A stretch of DNA of 37,202 nucleotides from positions 1-37,202 of the forward strand of contig DASVDK010000273.1 in assembly GCA_036381125.1 (NCBI GenBank), read 5' to 3'. Of this stretch, positions 20,744-28,472 are shown piece after piece. Source of the stretch: Thermodesulfobacteriota bacterium (lineage in GTDB: Bacteria; DASVDK01). The translations under genes were made by a program, and so were the position numbers. The notes beneath the pieces are model-generated. The model had not been told where the DNA came from. It did not search any database and was given only the letters and a program-made list of their open reading frames with translations. Numbering within the stretch: position 1 is the stretch's first letter; each line of letters begins with the position of its first letter.

Positions 20744-22264
20744 GTGGGATTCGAGAACCTGCTGCTCGGCTTCGAGGTCGCGCTTCATCCCTACAACCTC
20801 CTCATCGCCGCCGCCGGGATCGTCCTCGGTGTCATCGTGGGGGTGCTGCCGGGCCTCGGCGGCGCCAACGGCGTGGCGATCCTCCTGCCGCTCACGTTCT
20901 CGATGGAGCCGACCTCGGCCATCATCCTCCTGAGCTGCCTCTACTGGGGCGCCCTCTTCGGGGGCGCCATCACGTCGATCCTCTTCAACATCCCGGGCGA
21001 GCCCTGGTCGGTCGCCACGACCTTCGACGGCCACCCGATGGCCCGCAACGGTCAGGGAGGCCAGGCGCTCACCGCCGCCTTCTCCTCGTCGTTCATCGGC
21101 GCCTTCGCGGCGGTCGTCGTCATCACGTTCTTCGCGCCGCTCCTCGCCGATCTGGCCCTCAAGTTCGGGCCGGCCGAGTTCTTCGCCATCCAGTTCCTGA
21201 CGTTCTCGGCCTTCGTCGGACTCGGCGGCGGAAGCCCCCTCAAGACCCTCGTGGCCATCATGATCGGCTTCATCCTCGGCTCGGTCGGCCTCGACATGGT
21301 GACCGGCCGGCTGCGGCTCACGTTCGGCTTCACCGACCTCATGAAGGGGTTCGACTTCATCGTGGCCGTGATCGGCCTCTTCGGCATCGGCGAGATCCTC
21401 CTCACGATGGAGGAGGGGCTCTCCTTCCGCGGGGCGATCGCGAAGATCAGCCCGACCGTCGTCTGGCAGACCTGGAAGACCTTCCCCCGCTACGCCCGCA
21501 CGTTCGCGCGGGGGGCCTTCATCGGCTTCTGGATGGGCTTCAAGCCGGGCGGCGCCACGCCGGCCTCCTTCATGAGCTACGCCTTCGCCAAGCGCTTCTC
21601 GAAGCATCCGGAGCGCTTCGGCAAGGGGGAGATCGAGGGGGTGATCGCCCCCGAGACGGCGGCCCACGCCGCCGGTACGGCGGCGCTCCTGCCGATGATC
21701 ACGCTCGGCATCCCGGGCTCGCCGACCGCGGCGGTCATGCTCGGCGGCCTCATCATCTGGGGCCTCCAGCCGGGGCCGATGCTCTTCGTCGACCAGCCGC
21801 ACTTCGTCTGGGGCCTCATCGCGAGCATGTACACCGGGAACGTCATCGGCGTCCTCATGGTGCTCGCCTTCGTCCCCTTCTTCGCCTCGATCCTCAAGAT
21901 CCCCTTCGCCATCCTCACGCCGCTCATCGTGTCGATCTGCGCCATCGGGGCCTACTCCGTGCACAACAGCATGATCGACATCTGGTTCATGCTCGTCTTC
22001 GGCGTCGTGGGCTACGTCTTCAAGAAGCTCGACTACCCGCTCGCACCGCTCGTCCTCGCCCTGGTCCTCGGGGACATGGCCGAGGCCGCCCTGCGCCAGA
22101 GCCTCATCATGTCGGGCGGCTCGATCGGCATCTTCTTCACGCGGCCCATCTCCGGGACGATCATGTGGTTCGCGCTGTTCCTCTTCGCGATGCCGGTGAT
22201 CGGCCCCTGGTGGCGGAAGCTCAGAGGGAAGCCGGCCGCGAGCCTGCCGTCCGTCCCGCACTGA
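20744..22264 (+). CDS. tctA: Tripartite tricarboxylate transporter large permease TctA
   Basis: GVLPGLG, SILFNIPG, TTFDGHPMA, APETA, TLGIPGS, PLVLALVLG. Confidence 0.95.
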   Translation: MGFENLLLGFEVALHPYNLLIAAAGIVLGVIVGVLPGLGGANGVAILLPLTFSMEPTSAIILLSCLYWGALFGGAITSILFNIPGEPWSVATTFDGHPMARNGQGGQALTAAFSSSFIGAFAAVVVITFFAPLLADLALKFGPAEFFAIQFLTFSAFVGLGGGSPLKTLVAIMIGFILGSVGLDMVTGRLRLTFGFTDLMKGFDFIVAVIGLFGIGEILLTMEEGLSFRGAIAKISPTVVWQTWKTFPRYARTFARGAFIGFWMGFKPGGATPASFMSYAFAKRFSKHPERFGKGEIEGVIAPETAAHAAGTAALLPMITLGIPGSPTAAVMLGGLIIWGLQPGPMLFVDQPHFVWGLIASMYTGNVIGVLMVLAFVPFFASILKIPFAILTPLIVSICAIGAYSVHNSMIDIWFMLVFGVVGYVFKKLDYPLAPLVLALVLGDMAEAALRQSLIMSGGSIGIFFTRPISGTIMWFALFLFAMPVIGPWWRKLRGKPAASLPSVPH

Positions 22265-22325
22265 CGCGGATCACCGTGGCGTGAGGCGCGGGGGACGGGT
22301 CGGCTGCGGCCCGTGGAGAACGCGC

Positions 22326-22400
22326 CTGGAAAACGGAAAGGCCTGACCCCCTGGAAAACGGAAAGACCTGACCCCCTGGAAAATGGAAAGACCTGACCCC
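22326..22400. repeat. Tandem array of three 25-bp REP-like units (family A)
   Basis: CTGGAAAAYGGAAAGRCCTGACCCC at 22326, 22351 and 22376, head-to-tail with no spacers. Confidence 0.9.
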
Positions 22401-22488
22401 ACGGACGGCAACGGTGGCGCGCGCCCTTGTCGAGGCCCCCGGGTGTCGTTACCCTGAGCCCGTTTGACCGGATCGCCTGGGGGCTCTC

Positions 22489-23199
22489 GTGAACGACCAC
22501 CCGATTCCGCGCCGTGTCGTCGCCATCGCGGCGCATCCGGACGACCTCGACTTCGGCTGCGCCGGCACCCTGGCGCTCTGGGCCCGGCAGGGCGCGGAGG
22601 TGACGCAACTCCTCGTCACGAGCGGCGACAAGGGCTTCGAGGACGACCGCCCGCTCGAGGAGAAACAGGAGATCCGCGAGCGCGAGCAGCGGGCGGCCGC
22701 GCGCGAGATCGGCGCCCGGGCCCCGCACTTCCTCCGCTTCCCGGACGGCGAGGTGGAGAACACGCCGGCCCTGCGGCGGGAGATCGTGCGGGTCCTGCGC
22801 GCCGTGCGGCCCGACACGGTGCTCAGCTTCGACCCGGCGAACCTCGCGTTCGACAACTTCTACCGGTACCACCCGGACCACCGGGCGGTCGCCATGGCCG
22901 CCTACGATGCCCTCTACCCGGCGACCGGCAATCGCAACTTCTTCCCCGACCTCCTGCTCGAGGGGCTCGAGCCGCACAAGGTCAAGGTCGCGTACTTCAT
23001 CAGCCCCTCGCAGCCGGACGTCTGGATCGACATCTCGTCCACCTTCGATCGGAAGGTGGCGGCGCTCAGGGCCCACGCGAGCCAGATCAGGGACCCCGAG
23101 GCGATCGCCGAGTACGTGGCCGATTGGGCCCGCCGCGTCGGCGCGCCGAAGGGGCTCGCGCTCGCCGAGTCGTTCCGGCGTCTCGAGGTCCCGGACTAG
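22489..23199 (+). CDS. PIG-L/LmbE family N-acetylglucosaminyl deacetylase
   Basis: AHPDD, TSGDKG, IREREQRAAA..IG, PDG, HPDH, ALRAHASQ, AESFRR. Confidence 0.92.
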   Translation: MNDHPIPRRVVAIAAHPDDLDFGCAGTLALWARQGAEVTQLLVTSGDKGFEDDRPLEEKQEIREREQRAAAREIGARAPHFLRFPDGEVENTPALRREIVRVLRAVRPDTVLSFDPANLAFDNFYRYHPDHRAVAMAAYDALYPATGNRNFFPDLLLEGLEPHKVKVAYFISPSQPDVWIDISSTFDRKVAALRAHASQIRDPEAIAEYVADWARRVGAPKGLALAESFRRLEVPD

Positions 23200-23201
23200 C
23201 C

Positions 23202-23993
23202 GTGCGTCCCATACCGTTGCCCGGGCTCGGCGGACCGGGTGCGCCTCCCGGGGGCGGGCATTGGCCCGACGGGTGGCGGCTCACGCGGTTTCCGGGTGCG
23301 GGCGGCGCCGGAGCCGGCCTGGTGGTGCGGGAGCGAGGCCGGCCCGGCTATTTCACCGACCATGCGAGTCGCTTCCTCGCGGCGCACCTCACCGTCCCGC
23401 CCGGCGCGGCGGTGGCCGAGCCGGGCTGCGGCACGGCCGCGTTGTCGGTGCTGGCGGCCCGTCTCGGGGCCGGCCGCGTCTTCGCCACCGACGTCGACGC
23501 GACGGCGCTCGCGCTGGCACGCTCGACCGTGGAGGCCAACGGCCCGCTGCCGGTGACCGTTCTCGAAGGCGACCTCCTCGACCCGCTGCCGGCGGCCGAG
23601 CGCCTCGACCTCGTCGTGGCGCTCCTGCCGCACAAGCCGGCGCCGGCCGCCTTCTCCGTGCGGTACTACGGCGGCGAGGACGGCACCGACCTCGTCCGGC
23701 GTGCGATCGAGCAGGCGTCGCACCGGCTGAGGCCGCACGGCGTGCTGCTCCTCTACCACCACTCGATCGCCAACCTCCCGCGGGTCCGCGCCGCGGCGCA
23801 GGCGGCCGGGTTCTCGATCGAGACGCTCGCCTCGCGCAAACGCTACTTCACCGAGCGCGAGTTCGACGGCTACGCACCCGGCGGGATGGCGCACCTCGAG
23901 CGGCTCCGCCGGGCGGGGGCGGCGGAGTTCCACCGCGACGCCTTCGGGCTCTACTTCGTCGCCCGCGTGCTGCGGCTCGCGCGCCGGCCATGA
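23202..23993 (+). CDS. Class I SAM-dependent methyltransferase (HemK/PrmC-like fold)
   Basis: VAEPGCGTA motif I, ATDVD, GDLLDPL, GGEDGTD; the NPPY position reads LLPH. Start uncertain (GTG 23202). Confidence 0.8.
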   Translation: MRPIPLPGLGGPGAPPGGGHWPDGWRLTRFPGAGGAGAGLVVRERGRPGYFTDHASRFLAAHLTVPPGAAVAEPGCGTAALSVLAARLGAGRVFATDVDATALALARSTVEANGPLPVTVLEGDLLDPLPAAERLDLVVALLPHKPAPAAFSVRYYGGEDGTDLVRRAIEQASHRLRPHGVLLLYHHSIANLPRVRAAAQAAGFSIETLASRKRYFTEREFDGYAPGGMAHLERLRRAGAAEFHRDAFGLYFVARVLRLARRP

Positions 23994-24682
23994 AGGCGCT
24001 GATCGTCAACGCCGACGACCTCGGCCTCGCGCCGGAGGTCGATCGCGGGATCCTCCGCGCCGCGCTGGCGGGGCGCGTGACGAGCGCGACCCTCATGGTG
24101 ACGGTGCCGGGGTCGGAGGGCGGGGCGCACACCGCCCGGCGGCTGGCCGCCCTCGGGGTCTCCGTGGGCCTGCACGTCGACCTCGTCACCGGCCGCCGGG
24201 TGGACCCGCGCGACGCGCAGGCGGTGGCCGCCGAGGTGCGCGATCAGGCCGAGCGGTTCGAGGCGCTCGTCGGGCGCCCCCCGACGCACCTCGACACCCA
24301 CAAGCACACGCACCGCGACTTCGAGCCGGTGCGGGCCGCCGTGGCGGACCTCGCCCACCGTCTCGGCGCACCGGTGCGCGCCCAGGACCCGGCGGTGCGG
24401 GCCTGGCTGCGGGCGCGCGGCCTGCGCACGCCGGACGCCTTCGTGGGGGACGTGTCGCCCGAGCCCTACTGGACCGCCGACCGGCTCCTCGCCGCCGTGG
24501 CGGGTGTGGGCCCCGGCACGACCGAGCTCATGTGCCACCCGGGCGAGCCGATGGGGCCGATGCCCGGCCTCTTCTACCTCGCCCAGCGGGCGACCGAGCT
24601 CGAGGCGCTGCTCGACCCGCGCCTGCCGGCCGCCTGCGCCGCCGCGGGGGTGCGCCTCGTCCCCTTCACCGGTCTCGGGTGA
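23990..24682 (+). CDS. YdjC/ChbG/HpnK family carbohydrate deacetylase
   Basis: LIVNADDLG, TSATLM, VGLH, PTHLDTHKH, TELMCHPG, R..EL..L; ATGA overlap with the methyltransferase. Confidence 0.9.
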   Translation: MKALIVNADDLGLAPEVDRGILRAALAGRVTSATLMVTVPGSEGGAHTARRLAALGVSVGLHVDLVTGRRVDPRDAQAVAAEVRDQAERFEALVGRPPTHLDTHKHTHRDFEPVRAAVADLAHRLGAPVRAQDPAVRAWLRARGLRTPDAFVGDVSPEPYWTADRLLAAVAGVGPGTTELMCHPGEPMGPMPGLFYLAQRATELEALLDPRLPAACAAAGVRLVPFTGLG

Positions 24683-24690
24683 GAGGAGTC

Positions 24691-25629
24691 ATGCGTCTCG
24701 TCCTGCTCGACTACAGTCCGTACGGCAACGTCTACGACGCGGTGTCGAACCGCCGCCTGGTGCGGGCCGCCGCGGATGCGGGATACACCCTCGACCTCGT
24801 GCCGTGGGGGGGCGTACGCCTCGCGGCCGGTCCGGAAGGGCTCGCGGCTCGCGGCCGCGCGGCCGACGGCCGCGACCTCGACCTCGCCGCGGCCGACTGC
24901 GTCCTGCCGCGGTTCGACGCGCGCGATGCGCGCGACCTGGCGCTCGTGCTCGGCACGGTGCGCTGGCTCGCCGCCATGGGGGTGCCGACCATGCCCGGTC
25001 CCGACGCCATCCTCGCGGCCGAGGACAAGGTCGAGACGGCGCGGCGCCTCGTCGCGCTCGGCCTGCCGGCGCCCCGGTCGGCCGTCGTCGCGGCGCCCGG
25101 GTCTCCCGAGACCCGGGAGGGGCTCGACGCCGTCGTCGAGGCGGTCGGGGGCTACCCGGTCGTGGTGAAGGCGCCGGTGGGGTGGGGCGGCCACGGCGTG
25201 GCCCTGGCCGAGTCGCGGGCGGCGCTCCGCTCCTGGCTCGACCTCGCGGCGCAGGCGGCGCCCAACGCGACCTACCTCGTCCAGGCGCACGTCGCCCACG
25301 ACGTCTCCGTGCACGTCGTCGCGGCCGAGGGCCGCGTGGTGCTCCACGGGCAGAAGACGGTGGCCGAAGGGGAGTTCCGCACGAACGCGCGCCTGGGGGG
25401 CCGCGAGGCGGCCACCCGGCTCACGGCCGAGGAGCGCGAGATCGCGCTGACCGCGCTGGCCGGCTTCGGCATCGACGCGGGGAGCGTCGACCTCGCCCGC
25501 ACCGCCGGCGGGCCGGTCGTGCTCGAGGTGAACGCCTGTACGGGGCTCGCCGGCGAGCACGACGACCCGATCGCCGACGCCTTCGTCGCCGCCGCGGCGT
25601 CGGTTGCGCGACGGGCCGGGCGGGGCTGA
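24691..25629 (+). CDS. RimK/LysX-like ATP-grasp amide ligase
   Basis: AEDK, YPVVVKAPVGWGGHGV, LVQ, EFRTNARLGG, VDL, VLEVN; AGGAG RBS. Confidence 0.85.
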   Translation: MRLVLLDYSPYGNVYDAVSNRRLVRAAADAGYTLDLVPWGGVRLAAGPEGLAARGRAADGRDLDLAAADCVLPRFDARDARDLALVLGTVRWLAAMGVPTMPGPDAILAAEDKVETARRLVALGLPAPRSAVVAAPGSPETREGLDAVVEAVGGYPVVVKAPVGWGGHGVALAESRAALRSWLDLAAQAAPNATYLVQAHVAHDVSVHVVAAEGRVVLHGQKTVAEGEFRTNARLGGREAATRLTAEEREIALTALAGFGIDAGSVDLARTAGGPVVLEVNACTGLAGEHDDPIADAFVAAAASVARRAGRG

Positions 25630-26705
25630 TGCGGGTCGCCCTCCTGCTCCCCTACCGGCCGTCGGCCAACCGGGGCAACTCCACGGCGGCGCTGCGGCTC
25701 GCGCGCCACCTCGAGGCGGCCGGCGCCGAGGTGGCGACGGCGAGCCTCGAGGCGGCCGGCGTCCCCTTCGGTCCCGAGGGGCGCGACCACGCCGTGCGCC
25801 GCCTCGGTCCGGAGCTGCGCCGGTTCCGGCCCGAGGTGGTCCACGCCCTTCACGGCTACCGGTCCGGTCCGGCCGGCGTCGCGCTCGCCCGCGCGCTCGG
25901 CGCGGCGCTCGTGATCGGCCTCAGGGGGACCGACGTCTCCGTCGACCTCCACGATCGATCGCGGCGCGAGGCGATGCTCGACGCCCTCGACGCCGCCGAC
26001 GCGATCGTCGCCTTCGCCCGGTTCATGCTCGAGCCGGTGCTCGCCGCCAGGCCGTCGCTCGCGCCCCGCGCGCACGTCGTGGCGCACGGCGTGGCCGAGG
26101 CGTTCTTCGCCGGGGGAGGGCCCCGGCTCGAGCCGCCGCGGACGCTTCGCTTCCTGCTGCCGGCGAACCTGCGATCCATCAAGGCGCCGCACGTGGCGGT
26201 CCACGGGCTCGACCCGGTGGCCGCGTCGCGGCCGGACCTCCGGCTCGCGGTCGCCGGCCCGGTGATCGAGCCCGAGGTGGGCCGCCGCCTCGCGCAGGCG
26301 GCCGCCTCGCGGCCGTGGGTCACGCTCCTCGGCGAGGTGCCGCACGCCGAGATGCCCGCCGTCCTCGCGGCGGCCGACGTGGTGATGAACACGTCGATCG
26401 CCGAGGGGATGTCCAACGCGGTCCTCGAGGCGATGGCCATGGGACGCGCGCTCCTCGTGTCGGACATCCCGGCGCACCGCGAGATCGTCGAGCCGGAGGT
26501 CTCGGGGCTGCTCTTCGACGTGTCGGGGCCCGACGGGGGAGCGGCGGCCCTCGCCCGGCAGGCGGCGCGGCTCGCGGAGGACCCCGCGCTGCGGGCGAGG
26601 CTCGGACGGGCCGCCAGGGCGCGCGCGCTCGCGCGTCACCGGGCCGAGGACGAGGCCGCACGTACGCTCGAGGTCTACCGGGAGGCCAGGGCGAGGCGCG
26701 GGTGA
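25629..26705 (+). CDS. Glycosyltransferase family 4 (SenB/GLT1D1-like N-terminus)
   Basis: GNSTAALR, HALHGYRS, GTD, NLRSIKAP, NTSIAEGMSNAVLEAMA; TGATG overlap with the ligase gene. Confidence 0.88.
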   Translation: MRVALLLPYRPSANRGNSTAALRLARHLEAAGAEVATASLEAAGVPFGPEGRDHAVRRLGPELRRFRPEVVHALHGYRSGPAGVALARALGAALVIGLRGTDVSVDLHDRSRREAMLDALDAADAIVAFARFMLEPVLAARPSLAPRAHVVAHGVAEAFFAGGGPRLEPPRTLRFLLPANLRSIKAPHVAVHGLDPVAASRPDLRLAVAGPVIEPEVGRRLAQAAASRPWVTLLGEVPHAEMPAVLAAADVVMNTSIAEGMSNAVLEAMAMGRALLVSDIPAHREIVEPEVSGLLFDVSGPDGGAAALARQAARLAEDPALRARLGRAARARALARHRAEDEAARTLEVYREARARRG

Positions 26706-26793
26706 GGGACTGTGACGATCGTCACCTGGCCGCCCGGCGCGTCTGGCGGGCCTCCTGCGCGCATGATATTCTCGGCCGCAAAGGAGACTGGCG

Positions 26794-27306
26794 ATGGCGT
26801 CGGACCGTGGTACTCCCGATCCCTGGCTCGCGGTCGTCCGCATCGCGCTCGGCCTCTGGTTCCTCAAGGCGGCGTTCGAGAAGCTCGACGTCGTCTGGGC
26901 CTTCGGCTACGTGCCGCTGCCGGGCGCCAGCGAGCGGTTCCAGGTCGTCCTGGCGACGCGGGTGGCGGAGTGGGTCGCCACGCCGGAGGTCGCGGGGTGG
27001 TACCGGGGATTCCTCCACTCGGTCGTCCTGCCCAACGCCGCGACGGTCGCGCACCTCCAGGCGATCGGCGAGACGGCGGTGGGCCTCGGCCTGCTGCTCG
27101 GGCTCTTCACGCCCGCGTCGGCCGCCGTCGGCCTGTTCCTCACGCTCAACTACGCGCTCGTGACGATCCACCTGGGCTTCTGCCAGCAGGGCTTCCATTT
27201 CCTCCTGGTCGCGTGCCTCGTCGCCGTCCTCTTCGGCCAGGCGGGCCGCCGCCTCGGCATCGACGGCTGGCGCAAGGGGCCGCGGCCGGCCGTCACCCTG
27301 GCATGA
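26794..27306 (+). CDS. DoxX / TQO small subunit DoxD family membrane protein
   Basis: VRIALGLWFL.A..EKL, WY..FL, GE.AVGLGLLLGLFT, AGR.LGIDG; AAGGAG RBS. Confidence 0.85.
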   Translation: MASDRGTPDPWLAVVRIALGLWFLKAAFEKLDVVWAFGYVPLPGASERFQVVLATRVAEWVATPEVAGWYRGFLHSVVLPNAATVAHLQAIGETAVGLGLLLGLFTPASAAVGLFLTLNYALVTIHLGFCQQGFHFLLVACLVAVLFGQAGRRLGIDGWRKGPRPAVTLA

Positions 27307-27322
27307 GGGAGCGTTCGACGCC

Positions 27323-27952
27323 ATGACCGTCCGCACGCCCGAGGTCCGCACGATCACCGTCGGCCCCTACGACAACAAGGTCTACCTGCTGCGCGACCCC
27401 GAGACCGGCAAGGGGCTCCTCGTCGACGCCGCCTCGGAGCCGGACACCATCCTCGCCGCCGTCGGCACGACGCCCCTCGTCGCGCTCGTGGTCACGCACG
27501 GCCACTTCGACCACGTCGGCGCCCTGGCCGACCTGCGGAGCCGCACCGGCGTTCCCGCCGTCATGCACGGAGCGGACGTCCGACGCTTCGGGCTCGAGGT
27601 GGACCGGGTGGTGGAGGGGGACGACGCCATCGAGGTCGGTGCGCTCCGCGTCGCGCTCCTCCACACGCCGGGGCACACGCCGGGCGGGCTGTCGCTCGCG
27701 TGCGGCGAGGCCCTCTTCTCGGGCGACACCCTCTTCCCCGGCGGACCGGGCAAGACCGACTCGCCCGAGGCCTTCCTCGACGTGGAGCGGAGCATCCGCG
27801 ACCGGCTGCTGACGCTCCCGGAGGCGACCGTCGTCTATCCCGGGCACGGCGGGCCGACGACGATCGGCGAGGCGAAGCGCGAGTACGCCGCCTTCGCCGC
27901 CCGCCCGCGCCGGCCGGGGCTGTACGGCCACGTGCGGTGGATGGGGGGCTAG
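27323..27952 (+). CDS. MBL-fold metallo-hydrolase (glyoxalase II-like)
   Basis: THGHFDH, HTPGHTPG, FSGDTLFPGGPG, YPGHG. Confidence 0.92.
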   Translation: MTVRTPEVRTITVGPYDNKVYLLRDPETGKGLLVDAASEPDTILAAVGTTPLVALVVTHGHFDHVGALADLRSRTGVPAVMHGADVRRFGLEVDRVVEGDDAIEVGALRVALLHTPGHTPGGLSLACGEALFSGDTLFPGGPGKTDSPEAFLDVERSIRDRLLTLPEATVVYPGHGGPTTIGEAKREYAAFAARPRRPGLYGHVRWMGG

Positions 27953-28064
27953 CGAGCAGGTCCCGAGCGGCGGGCCCCGATGCGACGGCTCGCCGGCTCC
28001 GGAACGCCGCCGTGTCCGCATGGCTCGTGAAAGCGCGCCGACGCGAGTGCGTCCTCGGCGCGAG

Positions 28065-28400
28065 CTACCTGGGCGAGCCCGACGCCGAGCCGCGGAGCCG
28101 CGCCTCGACGTAGCTGCTGAGCGCCGGGTCCGCCAGGACGTGCCAATGGATCTGCAGGAACTCCTCGTACGACATCGGGGAGTCGTCCAGCGCGGCCTCG
28201 ATCGTGTCGCGGCGCTGCCCGGTGAGATCGGTCGACTCGGCGGCGCGCGCCATCTCCGGGCCCTGGCTGGCGAGCTGACGGCGCGCCTCGACGTAGCGCT
28301 GCAACTGCGTGTCGGGGACCCGCGCGGCCGATGACTCGGGATCGGTGGCGCACCCGGCGATCAGGACGGCCGCGGCGAGGGTGAGGATCGTGCGGCGCAT
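28065..28400 (-). CDS. Hypothetical lipoprotein
   Basis: Lipobox LIAG-C after an MRR-hydrophobic signal; AAGGAGG RBS. Confidence 0.75.
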   Translation of the reverse strand: MRRTILTLAAAVLIAGCATDPESSAARVPDTQLQRYVEARRQLASQGPEMARAAESTDLTGQRRDTIEAALDDSPMSYEEFLQIHWHVLADPALSSYVEARLRGSASGSPR

Positions 28401-28472
28401 GGCTGCCTCCTTGGCGGCGGGAGCGCCGGCTCCCGGCTCGCCAGGGGAGCACCAAGCGTGCCGGCCGTCGGC

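Noticed and set aside
22326-22400. Possible mini CRISPR array
   Set aside because: The 25-bp units are head-to-tail with no unique spacers, and no cas genes are present.
22464-26705. Apparent long or fused ORFs (22464-23993, 22907-24682, 24504-26705) suggesting frameshifting
   Set aside because: Each domain has its own start with stop/start overlaps; the extensions are open off-frames of the preceding genes.
27323-27952. Metallo-beta-lactamase resistance gene
   Set aside because: No signal peptide; the motifs match cytoplasmic glyoxalase II-like hydrolases.
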